Made by a program: the position numbers and the translations under genes
Shown here: positions 46,003-55,700 of the stretch, in pieces
Position numbering within the stretch: the stretch's first letter is position 1
Layout of the letters: every line of letters begins with the position of its first letter
NCBI GenBank assembly: GCA_023205875.1
Contig: CP060760.1
Location: 310,001 to 374,000 of the forward strand
Origin: Chloropicon primus
Taxonomy: Eukaryota
Length of the DNA: 64,000 bases
Reading direction: 5' to 3'
Notes under the pieces: model-generated
The model's database searches: none
The model's input: only the letters and a program-made list of their open reading frames with translations
Told to the model about the DNA's origin: nothing

Positions 46003-47014
46003 TCCTCCGAAGCCAAGGAAGGACCTGCAAGGAGGGGCGTTAAACCTTTCGACAAAAGCGGTTCCTCGCGAGAGTGGAGTCTGATCCTTCGCGAGCGGGC
46101 GACACGATCCTTCCCGCTGTGCCTCCCCCAACCTCGCCCTTCGCGACCGTCACCACCAACAAGGAAGGAGAAAACATCTCAATTTCGTGTGTTCAGTTGT
46201 TGATCCTAAAATCTTCACCACGACGCCGTTCCTTCCCAGGGAGGGCTCTTTCGAAAGATCGCGAGACATTCATTCCACCACTCCGTCGCTTCCCCTGCCT
46301 CCTCCCCCTTGCTGTCCTCTCACTCACCGTCAGCCTTCACTCGCGGATGGGAAAGAGATCGAGTTGTGTTCTCACCAGACACAAACGCAAACGCAAACGT
46401 TTCTCGCTCCGTGGGTAACGCCAAACCCGCGAGAGAGCGAGAACGTGCGCGAAGAAGGCGAAGCGCTGTGTTGCTCCAGCCACCGCACCTCCGCCGCCGC
46501 CACCTCACCTAACCAACGCCGAGCTCCGATCAACGCACTCCCCTCTGGTGCGCCAGCTCAGGCCTCCATGTGATCGGCGCGATCGATCGATCAGAGCAAG
46601 AAGCCAGAAGGGGTGATCGATCAGAAGCGATCGTAAGAGGGAAGGAGAAGGTCAGAGCAGAGGAGGGGGGGTTGACAAGCGGAAGCGGTCTTGTTTTGAT
46701 CTCTCGCGCGAGAGAGGGAGGTGTTCGGTTGGCATTGGAACGAAAGAGACGGAGGGAGGGAGAGGGCATTGGTCATTGGTTACTTTTTGCGAGGTGTTTG
46801 GGGTTGGAAAGGACGGTCTTTGTGATTCGGTTTAGGCGAGCGAGAGGTTGCGTTCCTTACGTTATTCGGGAGGCCTTTCGTTTCGTTTCGTTTCGCTCGA
46901 AGCGGCTCGAAGCGGTAGAGGTCGTCTCCAGCGTCGTCGATCCCAAGGACTTGGTTTTTGGATCCCTCAGAAGGGAAGGGAAGGGAAGGGAAGTTTAGCC
47001 AAGCCATCATTCCC

Positions 47015-48508
47015 ATGGCCATGGAGGTGGAGGCGGACAAGGGAGGGGACTGGAGGGAGGTGGTGAGGGAGTTGTGCATCGTGGAGCCGAAGAGTTTGGC
47101 GACTGGGGGCGGTGCGAGTCGTCTGTTCGGCAAGTTCGTGGACGCGGGGCTGGTGAGGCAGGTGGGTCCGACGCGGATACTCACGCCGGTGAGGAACCTT
47201 GAGCTGCCGAGGCACGGCGGGGTGGAGGCCTGGCACCTCTTCGCGCTGTTTGACTGCGCTCTGGAGGGCGGGTTCCCTACCGTGATCCTTGACTACGTTG
47301 TCCAGGTCTCGCTCGACAGCCAAGCCGTCTCCAGCGACCCGAGGGAGTCCTTCCTGATGAACCAGAGCCTCGTGGAGGCCTGGTGCGAGGAGGTGGCCCT
47401 TTACCTCAGAAGGGAGTTCCACTCCCTCGTGGAGACCATGGACCCCAGGTCCCAGGAGTTCACGCACAAGGGGCCTTGGATAGAAAAGGTCCTCAGCAGC
47501 CTGCAGGCCGTCTTCGAGGTGCTTGCGAAGCCGGCGGCCTCCTCTGCCGCTGGGGACAAGGCGCCTGCCTTCCTCAGGTGCTCGGACCAAGTCACACTCG
47601 TGCTGGAAGCTTGCAAGACGTGCAATTGGTTCTGCAGGGAAGGCCTCGTCCAGATGCTGCCGAGCTCGCCCAGGTCGAAAGGGCGTGGCGGCCGCAGCAA
47701 GGGGGGCAAAGGGTCGTTCATCGAAGACCTGCTTTCGGAACTCGGCTTGGGCCCTGAGGTCTACCCCTTTGGCTCCTTTCTCGACGCCTTGACGAAGATC
47801 TTCTTGGTGGACAAGGGAGAGACGTCCGCCAAGACCGGGACCTTGCACGGAAAGAAGAAGGCCTTCCTGTACTATTTGATTGACATTGGCTGCGAAGAGG
47901 CCACCGTCACGAGCTTTGCGGCCGAGTTCGACCTGACGAGTGCCGAGTGCGCCGCGATTCGAGCGTACTGCCTGGTCGACAGTCAGGACGCCGCCTCCAT
48001 CGACGAGGCGTGCCTGATCTTCCCTAGCATTACCAAGCAGATCAATCACACCAAGGTGATCCAGGCTTTGATGGCTCTCGGGAGGTCCCAAAACGCCCTG
48101 GACATCATCAGGTCGAGACTAGACGCCGGGATTTTTCCGACAATGGAGGAGGCCCTCCTGTCCTTGGAGTGCAAAGGCCTTTACGAGGGGTTCCTGCACT
48201 GCAGGGAGCTCTGGGAGGGTGCCACGGACGACGCATGCTTTGCAATCGCCGAGCAGTGCACGAGGACTTGGAGCGAGAGGCACGGGGCGAAGGGGAAGGT
48301 CTTGGAGCTCCCATTCAACGCGAAGGAGGAGACTTGCCTGTCGGACAGCGCCCTGCCCCTGTACCTGGTGACGCGGAGAAGGTACAGAGAGGCTCAGGAG
48401 GCCCTTAAGAAAGGGAAGGGGAGCAGCAACGGTCCGGACAGGGAGATGACGGACATGCTTCGCTCACTCATTGAGACTGCCATGAGCGTCGTTCCAGCGG
48501 AGACATAA
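47015..48508 (+). CDS. HOS1: HOS1/ELYS-like nucleoporin
   Basis: LFALFDCALE, YVVQVSLDSQAVSSDPRESFL...LVEAWC and YPF...KKKAFLYYLID match plant HOS1 blocks and the ELYS domain. Confidence 0.75.
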   Translation: MAMEVEADKGGDWREVVRELCIVEPKSLATGGGASRLFGKFVDAGLVRQVGPTRILTPVRNLELPRHGGVEAWHLFALFDCALEGGFPTVILDYVVQVSLDSQAVSSDPRESFLMNQSLVEAWCEEVALYLRREFHSLVETMDPRSQEFTHKGPWIEKVLSSLQAVFEVLAKPAASSAAGDKAPAFLRCSDQVTLVLEACKTCNWFCREGLVQMLPSSPRSKGRGGRSKGGKGSFIEDLLSELGLGPEVYPFGSFLDALTKIFLVDKGETSAKTGTLHGKKKAFLYYLIDIGCEEATVTSFAAEFDLTSAECAAIRAYCLVDSQDAASIDEACLIFPSITKQINHTKVIQALMALGRSQNALDIIRSRLDAGIFPTMEEALLSLECKGLYEGFLHCRELWEGATDDACFAIAEQCTRTWSERHGAKGKVLELPFNAKEETCLSDSALPLYLVTRRRYREAQEALKKGKGSSNGPDREMTDMLRSLIETAMSVVPAET

Positions 48509-48540
48509 GATTAACGTGCCAGCAAACACCAAAGAGGGGT

Positions 48541-49608
48541 TTAAGTGGTGGTGATGTGAAATAGTTTAGTTTTATACAAGTCTGGGCTCGCCCTGAGCCA
48601 GAAGGATGGCGCTGGCTTCCAGGGCAAGAGCTGGATTTTCAGATCCGAGCCCTCCACCGCCTTCACGAACTCCTCGAGCGTCGCTTCGTTGCGGGGCATG
48701 GCCGCGATGAAAGCCTGGCAGCCCTCCTTTCCGCACAGAATTCTCTTGAGAAGCTTTGCCAGACAAGGGACGAGGTCGACGTCGTAAGTGATGTCGCTTC
48801 CCAGCACAACATCGAACTCAAAGGGACAGTCCTGGTCCTCCTCCCAGGCGAGCCTCCCGCAGTACACGCTAGCGTTGTTCTGCTCGGAGGAAGGCAGGGA
48901 CAGGCTCCGCGCATCAATCCCGTTCAATCGAAGGTTTCTCGCCAAGTTATCCAGCGAGTCCTCGTTCGCATCGGTAAACATGGCCAATTTCGCATTGACT
49001 CTCTGCAAGCCCACGCCAAGCAGCCCGCACCCTGCCCCCAGCTCCAAGCAAACCTTGTCCTGAAAGGAGTGCCTGTGGGTCAGCACGTACTCGTAGAGCA
49101 CGAAAGACGCCTCCCAGCAATGGCAACCCGTGTTTCCCTGGAGCATGTTCTTGGCACTATTCATCGCGACGTGCTTGGTCTCAATCGGCGCCCTCAGATC
49201 ATCAACGCTGGTGCCCTTCCCTCCCTCCCTATAAAACCACATTCTCCTCTCAAAGCCATCGTCATCGCCTTGGACGGTCGTGCTCGCCGTCTTCGCCTGA
49301 AAGAGCTCCACGAGGTCGTCATCCCACGCCTCGTTGAACTCATCGCACGCCGCGAAGACCTCCTTAAGAACATCCACGACGTGCGACGATCGCTCAAACG
49401 AATCGTCCAGGAGTGGACACACCTTGGTCACAAGGTCACGCACAATCGCGACCCGCTCCGTTCTTCCATCCTTCCTGAGAAAGGAAGCGACCCTCTCCTT
49501 GGCTTGAGATCTCTGCAGAAGCGCCGCGCAGCAATCCAGAGCACCGGCGTAGAGGTCCTTCGCCTCCTCGCCGCACGCTCGCCACACCAGTGCGCCCAGT
49601 CCCTCCAT
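48541..49608 (-). CDS. Protein-lysine methyltransferase, family 16 (EEF2KMT/FAM86-like)
   Basis: TGCHCWEASFVL, LELGAGCGLLG, FTD and DVVLGSDITYD motifs. Confidence 0.8.
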   Translation of the reverse strand: MEGLGALVWRACGEEAKDLYAGALDCCAALLQRSQAKERVASFLRKDGRTERVAIVRDLVTKVCPLLDDSFERSSHVVDVLKEVFAACDEFNEAWDDDLVELFQAKTASTTVQGDDDGFERRMWFYREGGKGTSVDDLRAPIETKHVAMNSAKNMLQGNTGCHCWEASFVLYEYVLTHRHSFQDKVCLELGAGCGLLGVGLQRVNAKLAMFTDANEDSLDNLARNLRLNGIDARSLSLPSSEQNNASVYCGRLAWEEDQDCPFEFDVVLGSDITYDVDLVPCLAKLLKRILCGKEGCQAFIAAMPRNEATLEEFVKAVEGSDLKIQLLPWKPAPSFWLRASPDLYKTKLFHITTT

Positions 49609-49697
49609 TATTTGTGCAGATGCTGGTGCTCGAGAGGGGAAGGAAGGAAGACACGTCCGTCCGCGCAGGAGAGGGACGATAAATGAATTGAAACGAA

Positions 49698-51182
49698 TTA
49701 CAAGGTCAGGAACTCGTAATCCTTTAGAAACTCGGTCACGATAGCCATGGTCTGCTCGACGCCACCCTCCATGTTACTCTCGGCATTTATGACGATGAGT
49801 GGGTCGTGCAGGCTCTGCCTGATGAGAACCCAGCCCTCCCCGTTGAGCACGGAGACTCTCCACCCCTCAAAATTGCTGTCGGCGCTGGCCCATCCCTCCG
49901 GAGCGCTGTCGCCCTCGCAGAACTTCTGGAACCCTTCAACGACGAGAGTGCCGTACCCATCGGGGGCGGATTCGCTGTACTTCACCCTCATCTCGGTGGC
50001 CTCCAGTGGCTCCTCGAAGCCCTCCACGAGCCCGGCCAGGTCTCCGTTCCTCCTGGCCGCCTCGATGATCATCTTGACCGCCATGTAAGCCCCGTCGTCC
50101 AGGTAGTGGTTCTCCGCCATGGCACCGTGGCCGCTCGTCTCGATCATCAGGGGACAGTTCTCGATCTGCTTGCCCTTCTCGATGACGTTCTTATACCCCC
50201 TCTTGAACCTGAGGTGCTTGCCGCCCCTCGACTCGATGAACGCGGTGAGGGCGTCCGAGGTGACCGAGTCCGTCACCACCGTCGCGCCAGGCTTGTCCCT
50301 CAGCGAGATCGCGGCCATCGCCGCGATGAGCCTGTTCTTGTTGAAGGCCACCCCCTTCGAGTCCACAATTGCAGATCGGTCGACGTCCGTATCGAAGATG
50401 ACCCCGAGATCGGCCCCGGTGCTCGCCACGGCCTCCTGGATGCTCCTCATCGCCTCCTCGTTCTCCGGGTTCGGGACGTGGTTGGGAAACATGCCGTCGG
50501 GCTCCAGGAACTGCGAGCCTGCGATATCTGCCCCAAGGGGCTCCAGCACGTCCCTTGCGAAGAACCCTCCCGCCCCATTCCCGGCGTCCACCACAATCTT
50601 CAATCCCTTCAAGGGCATCTCTCCGGCCCCCACCCCCGACACGATCTGGTCCCTCAGAAACCCGGCATAGGTCGGCATGAAGGACGCCGCGGACTTGTGC
50701 CCCCCGCCGCCAGAGGCCTCATCCACCGACCCGTCGATCCCCTCCGCCATCTCCAAGATCTCCGCAATGTCCGCCTTCCCGAGCCCTCCCTCCGGGGTGA
50801 AGAACTTCATCCCGTTCCTGTCGTAGGGAAGGTGGGAGGCCGTCAGCATGATGGAACCAGAGTACTCGAACCCAGGCGTTATCGTGGACATGAACATGGC
50901 TGGCGTGGTGGCCAGGCCCAAGTCGTAAGCCTTGCAACCTGGACCAGCATCCACGATCCCCTTCATGGCCTCCTCGCAGAGCTCCTCCCCCGTGACGCGG
51001 GAGTCCCTTCCAATGCCCACGGACACGTTGCTGGCCTTGTTCCCCTTCCCACCCCTTTGCAGCCTCAACGTGAAAGCTTTCGCGATGTTTCGAACCATCT
51101 TCGGGGTCAGTGTGACCGCTTCCTGCTTGCCGAGGGCGACACCCCTGACGTCCGACCCATTCTGGACCCTCTTGTACGACAT
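49698..51182 (-). CDS. Alpha-D-phosphohexomutase (phosphoglucomutase/phosphomannomutase)
   Basis: QNGSDVRG, phospho-Ser motif TASHLP, metal loop DTDVDR, ETSGH. An alternative ATG lies at 51203. Confidence 0.92.
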   Translation of the reverse strand: MSYKRVQNGSDVRGVALGKQEAVTLTPKMVRNIAKAFTLRLQRGGKGNKASNVSVGIGRDSRVTGEELCEEAMKGIVDAGPGCKAYDLGLATTPAMFMSTITPGFEYSGSIMLTASHLPYDRNGMKFFTPEGGLGKADIAEILEMAEGIDGSVDEASGGGGHKSAASFMPTYAGFLRDQIVSGVGAGEMPLKGLKIVVDAGNGAGGFFARDVLEPLGADIAGSQFLEPDGMFPNHVPNPENEEAMRSIQEAVASTGADLGVIFDTDVDRSAIVDSKGVAFNKNRLIAAMAAISLRDKPGATVVTDSVTSDALTAFIESRGGKHLRFKRGYKNVIEKGKQIENCPLMIETSGHGAMAENHYLDDGAYMAVKMIIEAARRNGDLAGLVEGFEEPLEATEMRVKYSESAPDGYGTLVVEGFQKFCEGDSAPEGWASADSNFEGWRVSVLNGEGWVLIRQSLHDPLIVINAESNMEGGVEQTMAIVTEFLKDYEFLTL

Positions 51183-51459
51183 GAAGCACGCCGCTCCCCT
51201 CATCCTTCGCTCCCTCCAGATATTTGTGAACTTTTGCTTTTCTGCTGCTTCCGCTCTCTTTGGGTGATGATGATGATGATGACAAGGGCAATGAGAGGGA
51301 CGAGGGTGAGGGTGAGGGAAGGAGGATCTGTCCGAGTGATTCACACCCTCTCTGCCTCTCTCTCTCTCTATCTATTTGTGTCCCTGTCTCATTGCGGAGA
51401 ACCTCCATTTCATCTCCAATGATGGGAGGAGAGGAGAGGGAAGCAAACGAGCCACCTTC

Positions 51460-51536
51460 CCCAGCAGAGGGAGTCTTGCCCAGCAGAGGGAGTCTTGCCC
51501 AGCAGAGGGAGTCTTGCCCAGCAGAGGGAGTCTTGC
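51460..51536. repeat. Minisatellite: 4 perfect copies of CCCAGCAGAGGGAGTCTTG (19 bp)
   Basis: Head-to-tail copies at 51460, 51479, 51498 and 51517, with no spacers. Confidence 0.95.
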
Positions 51537-51649
51537 GAGTGCGTGTACAGTCTTTGTCTTGATGAAAACAGCGATCTTACTTGTCTTTACTTGCTGCAGG
51601 GCCCAAGATGATTATTCCAGTGAGGACAGCCTCGTTGTTCGCGTGAGAA

Positions 51650-51710
51650 TCTCCCTTCGGCCACCTCAAGGCCACCAACAGTGGCTTGTAAGAGGCGGCG
51701 TCATTGCGAT
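51650..51710 (-). promoter_or_regulatory. Type II SECIS element in the glutaredoxin 3' UTR
   Basis: Minus strand reads ATGA-c-gccgcctc-ttac-AA-gccac-tgttg-gtggc-ctt-gaggtggc-c-GA. Helix II gccgcctc/gaggtggc and apical minihelix gccac/gtggc both pair. AUGA at 51704-51701, AA at 51687-51686, GA at 51658-51657. Confidence 0.85.
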
Positions 51711-51759
51711 GCTTGGGGCCCGTCCGACGTTGCCTGGGCCCGCCGTGTGGACGTCCGTT

Positions 51760-52446
51760 TTAGGCATCCAACGCACCAACGGCTTGAAGCATAGGCACGA
51801 GCTTGCCTTCCTCCTTCAAGGTCATGATGCCCGGTCCGTCGTTGCATCCACCGATCCCCTCGCCCCCGATGAAGGTGTTGGGCACGGAGGTGCGACCGGT
51901 GCGCTCAGCGAGCTCGGCGCGCAGCGCCTTTCCCCTGTCGCCCATTTCGTTCAGCTCAAACACAGCGTAATCGACCCCTAAGTCGGTCAGCACCTGCTTG
52001 GCTTTCTTGCAGAATGGTCATGTAGTGAAACTAAACGAAGGAGCTTCAGTCAGTCGCCTGGAATCCTTCCCAGAACATCGGATGCTTCGAGGTGCGACTC
52101 ACCTGAACATGACGACAGGGTTCGATGAGATGATGTCCTGGAGTTCGTTCTTCGTCGTCTCCGCGTCGTAGTCGCCTGCCTGCGTCTTGGCCAGCCAGAT
52201 CTTTCCCTGGTTGATGGGCGACGACTGCACGAACTCGGTCAACCCGGAGATGAACTTCCCAGCAGCCCCGCCGAGGAACTCGTCCGCCTCGGCTCCACCA
52301 ACGTCCTCAGGGTCCGCTCTCGCGACCAAGACCCTTCGTGGCCTCCGCGTCGTTGTCGTCGTCGTCGTGCGGGCGGCCCGAGGGGCGCAACCCTTCGGCG
52401 CGACGCTCCTCGCGGTGGACCTCGCCCTCGCCGCCACGGGACTCAT
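51760..52446 (-). CDS. Selenocysteine-containing class I glutaredoxin (UPFC), probably plastid-targeted; complement(join(51760..52030,52103..52446)), Sec TGA at 52020-52018
   Basis: 72-nt GTGAGT...CTGAC...TTTAG intron. Spliced product ...NPVVMFSFTT-U-PFCKKAK...TGRTSVPNTFIGG...IGGCND (204 aa, U119). Downstream SECIS and an Arg/Ala/Thr-rich N-terminus. Confidence 0.88.
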
Positions 52447-52737
52447 TTCCTCTCGCCTCTGCGCTGCTCTACGTCGTCGTCGTCGTCGACAAATCAAGCG
52501 GCGTTATGGGACGTTATCCAAAAATTGCTCTCCATTGCTTTCGATGGATCCAGACATGAATGGATCGGCCCCTTGCTTGCTTTGTAACGCACGCGGCGGT
52601 CTCGTGTCGGCATCGATCGATATTGATGAGGAGAAAAGGCACAGAGTGATATTTGTATCTACAGCTTGCTTATACTCTCTCCTAAGGTTTGTTTTGCTCT
52701 CCGCAACAATAATCTCCCTCCTCTCTCTCTCTCCTCA

Positions 52738-55700
52738 CTACTGCTCCTCCGGCTCCACCATGACGAGCAAATCGCCGATGCTGACGTTATCCTTGCTCTG
52801 GACCGCAACGTGGGCCACGGTGCCGTCAATCGGGCAGCTCACCGTGGTTTCCATCTTCATGGCGCTCAGGACGACCATGGGGTCTCCCGCCTTGATCTGC
52901 TCCCCGGGCTTGCAGTTCACGTCGATGACCTGGCCGGCCATCGGGGCGCCGACGGAGCCCTCGTCGCTCGGGTTCGCCTTCTCCTTGGCCATGCTGAGGG
53001 TGTCGCCGATGGCCACGGTCTCCTCCACGACCTCGATCACCCTTGGAAGCCCGTTGAGCTCGAAGAAGACTTCGCGGGTCCCCGAGGCCTGCCTGTCCCC
53101 GACGGCCTTGAAGACGATCTCGGCCTTCATTCCCTTACCCAGCTCGAGGAGAATCATCTCGTCCGTCTCCAGCGGCCTGAGGAACGCCTTGGTGGGCAAG
53201 ATGGAAACGTCAGAGTACTTCTTCCTCGTCTCATAGAAGTCGTCGAAGACCGAGGGGTACAGGGCCCTCGAGATGACGTTGAGCTCGCTCATGGCCTCCT
53301 TCCCGTACTTGTCCACGATCTTCCCCTCCTCCAGGGCGAAGTTGAAGTCCTCCATCTCGCTTCCTGGCCTGCCAGAGACCGTGGGCTTGCCCTTGAGGAC
53401 CTTCTCCCTCAACTCCTCCGGGAACCCCCCCGGCGGCTGCCCGAGGTAGCCCTGGAAGTATTCCACGACGCTCTTCGGGAAGTCGAGCTTGTCGGCGACG
53501 TCAACGATCGTGCTCTCTGTGAGATTGTTCTGGACAATGAATTGGGCCAGGTCCCCAACGACCTTGCTCGAGGGCGTGACCTTGACAATGTCGCCAAGTA
53601 TGTAGTTCCCCATCCTGTAGGCCTCCTTGACCTCCTCCCACTGCTCCACGAGGCCGTTCTGCATGGCCTGGAACTTGAGGTTGGTGTACTGCCCGCCCGG
53701 CATCTCGTGCTCGTACACCTCGGAGCTGCCCGACTTCATGCCGCTCTCGAACTGGCCGTATTGCGCGCGAACCTGCTCCCAGTAGGTGGAAAGCCTCAAG
53801 ACCCTCGAGGGGTCAAGACCCGTGTCCAAGTCGGTTCCCTTGAAAGCGTTGAGGAGGGATCCCATGCTGGGCTGGGACGTCAGCCCGCTCATGCTGTCGA
53901 CGCAGCAGTCCACCACGTCAGCGCCAGCCTCGGCGGCGGCGATCATGCTCGCCACGCCCATGCCCGGGGTGTCATGGGTGTGCACGTGAATGGGAATGTC
54001 AGGGAACTCCTTTCTCAGGGCGGAGACCAGCATATTCGCGGAGGCTGGCTTCAAGAGCCCCGCCATGTCCTTGATTCCAAGAATGTGGACCCCAGCATCC
54101 ACGAGCTCGCGCGCCAGGTTGAGGTAATAGTCCAAATCATACTTGGGCCTCGAGGGGTCCGTCAAATCGGCCGTGTAGCAAATGGTTCCCTCCGCGACGC
54201 CGTTCGTCTCCAGGACGGCTTCGATGCCAAACTTGAGGTTGTCGATGTAGTTCAACGAATCGAACACCCTGAAGATGTCCACGCCGCACTCGTTGGCCTT
54301 CTTCACGAACTCCTTCACCAGGTTGTCGGGGTAGGAGGTGTACCCGACGGCGTTCACGCCCCTGAGAAGCATCTGGAAAGGAACGTTCGGGATCCTCTTC
54401 CTCAGCTCCTTCAACCTGTCCCACGGGCACTCGTGGAGGAACCTCATGGACACGTCAAAAGTCGCGCCTCCCCAGACCTCCAGACTCATGCAATCCTCCA
54501 AGGCCCAAGCCGAGTAGTCCGCCGCCCCGAGTATGTCGTACGTCCTCACCCTCGTCGCCAGCAGACTCTGGTGCGCGTCCCTCATCGTGGTGTCCGTCAG
54601 CAGCAAGCCCTTGTGCCCCCTGATGCTCTTGGCGAATTCTTCTGGGCCCTTCTCGAGAAGGAGTGGCCTCCAGCCCTTCTTGCCGGCCTGGCCCCTGAAC
54701 TCTTGGGGCACCTTTGGGATCACGGGATCCGGCAGCCCCTTGGGGTACTCGCCGACGGCTCCCGGGTGCTTGGCGCCGTTGACCGCGGTGTGCGCGAGGT
54801 ACCTCAACAGCTTCGAGGGCAAGTCCGTGGGAAGCAAGGGGAAGTCAAAGAGCTCCGGAGTGGACTCGATCAGGGAGGTGTCCGCAGTCCCCGACAGGAA
54901 CTTGGGGTGCTTCAGCACGTTAGTGATGAAAGGCACGTTGGTCCTCACGCCCCTGAGCCTGAACTCGTGGAGGGCGTTCTCCAGCTTCTTGGCGGCCCCC
55001 TGGAAGGTGTGAGCGTGCGCGATGCACTTGACGAGAAGCGAATCGTAGTAAGGAAGCTGACTGCCCCCGGAGGCGATCGCGCCGTCGAGCCTGATGCCTG
55101 GCCCCCCGGGGGTGCGGTACGCCTCTATCCTCCCGCTGTCCGGACGGAAGTCGTCCTCGGGGTTCTCGGAAGTCACGCGGCCCTGGATGGCAAACCCGTC
55201 GCACCTCACCCCCTCCTGGTTCGGAATCCCGATGTCGGTCAAGGAGCTCCCCGTCGCGATCAAGATCTGGCTCTGCACGATGTCGATCCCGGTGATCTCC
55301 TCCGTGATCGTGTGCTCCACCTGGACCCTCGGGTTCACCTCGAGGAAATAGTGGCTGCCGTCGGGCGCGAGCATGAACTCCACCGTCCCGGCGTTCACGT
55401 ACCCGACGTGGCTGGCGATCTTCTTCGCGTCGGCGTACATGGCCTGCCTCGTGGACTCCTTGATCCCCACGCTCGGGGCGACCTCAATGATCTTCTGGTG
55501 CCTCCTCTGCACGCTGCAGTCGCGCTCGTAGAGGTGCACGGTGTTCCCGTACTTGTCCGCGAGGATCTGGATCTCGATGTGCCTCGGGTTCTCGATGTAC
55601 TTCTCGACGAACATCCTTCCGTCCCCGAAGGCCTGGAGGGCCTCGTTGCTCGCCCTCTCGTACGCGGGCTTGAACTCGGCCCCGGACCTCACCACCCTCA

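Noticed and set aside
15718..49608. Functional cluster of the eEF2-related genes HGH1 and EEF2KMT
   Set aside because: They are over 30 kb apart with many unrelated genes between, so this is probably coincidence.
51460..51536. Repeat array as CRISPR
   Set aside because: No spacers, no cas genes, and a eukaryotic context.
52018..52020. Glutaredoxin as a pseudogene with a nonsense mutation
   Set aside because: The TGA falls exactly on the catalytic Cys position, the rest of the gene is intact, and a SECIS follows.
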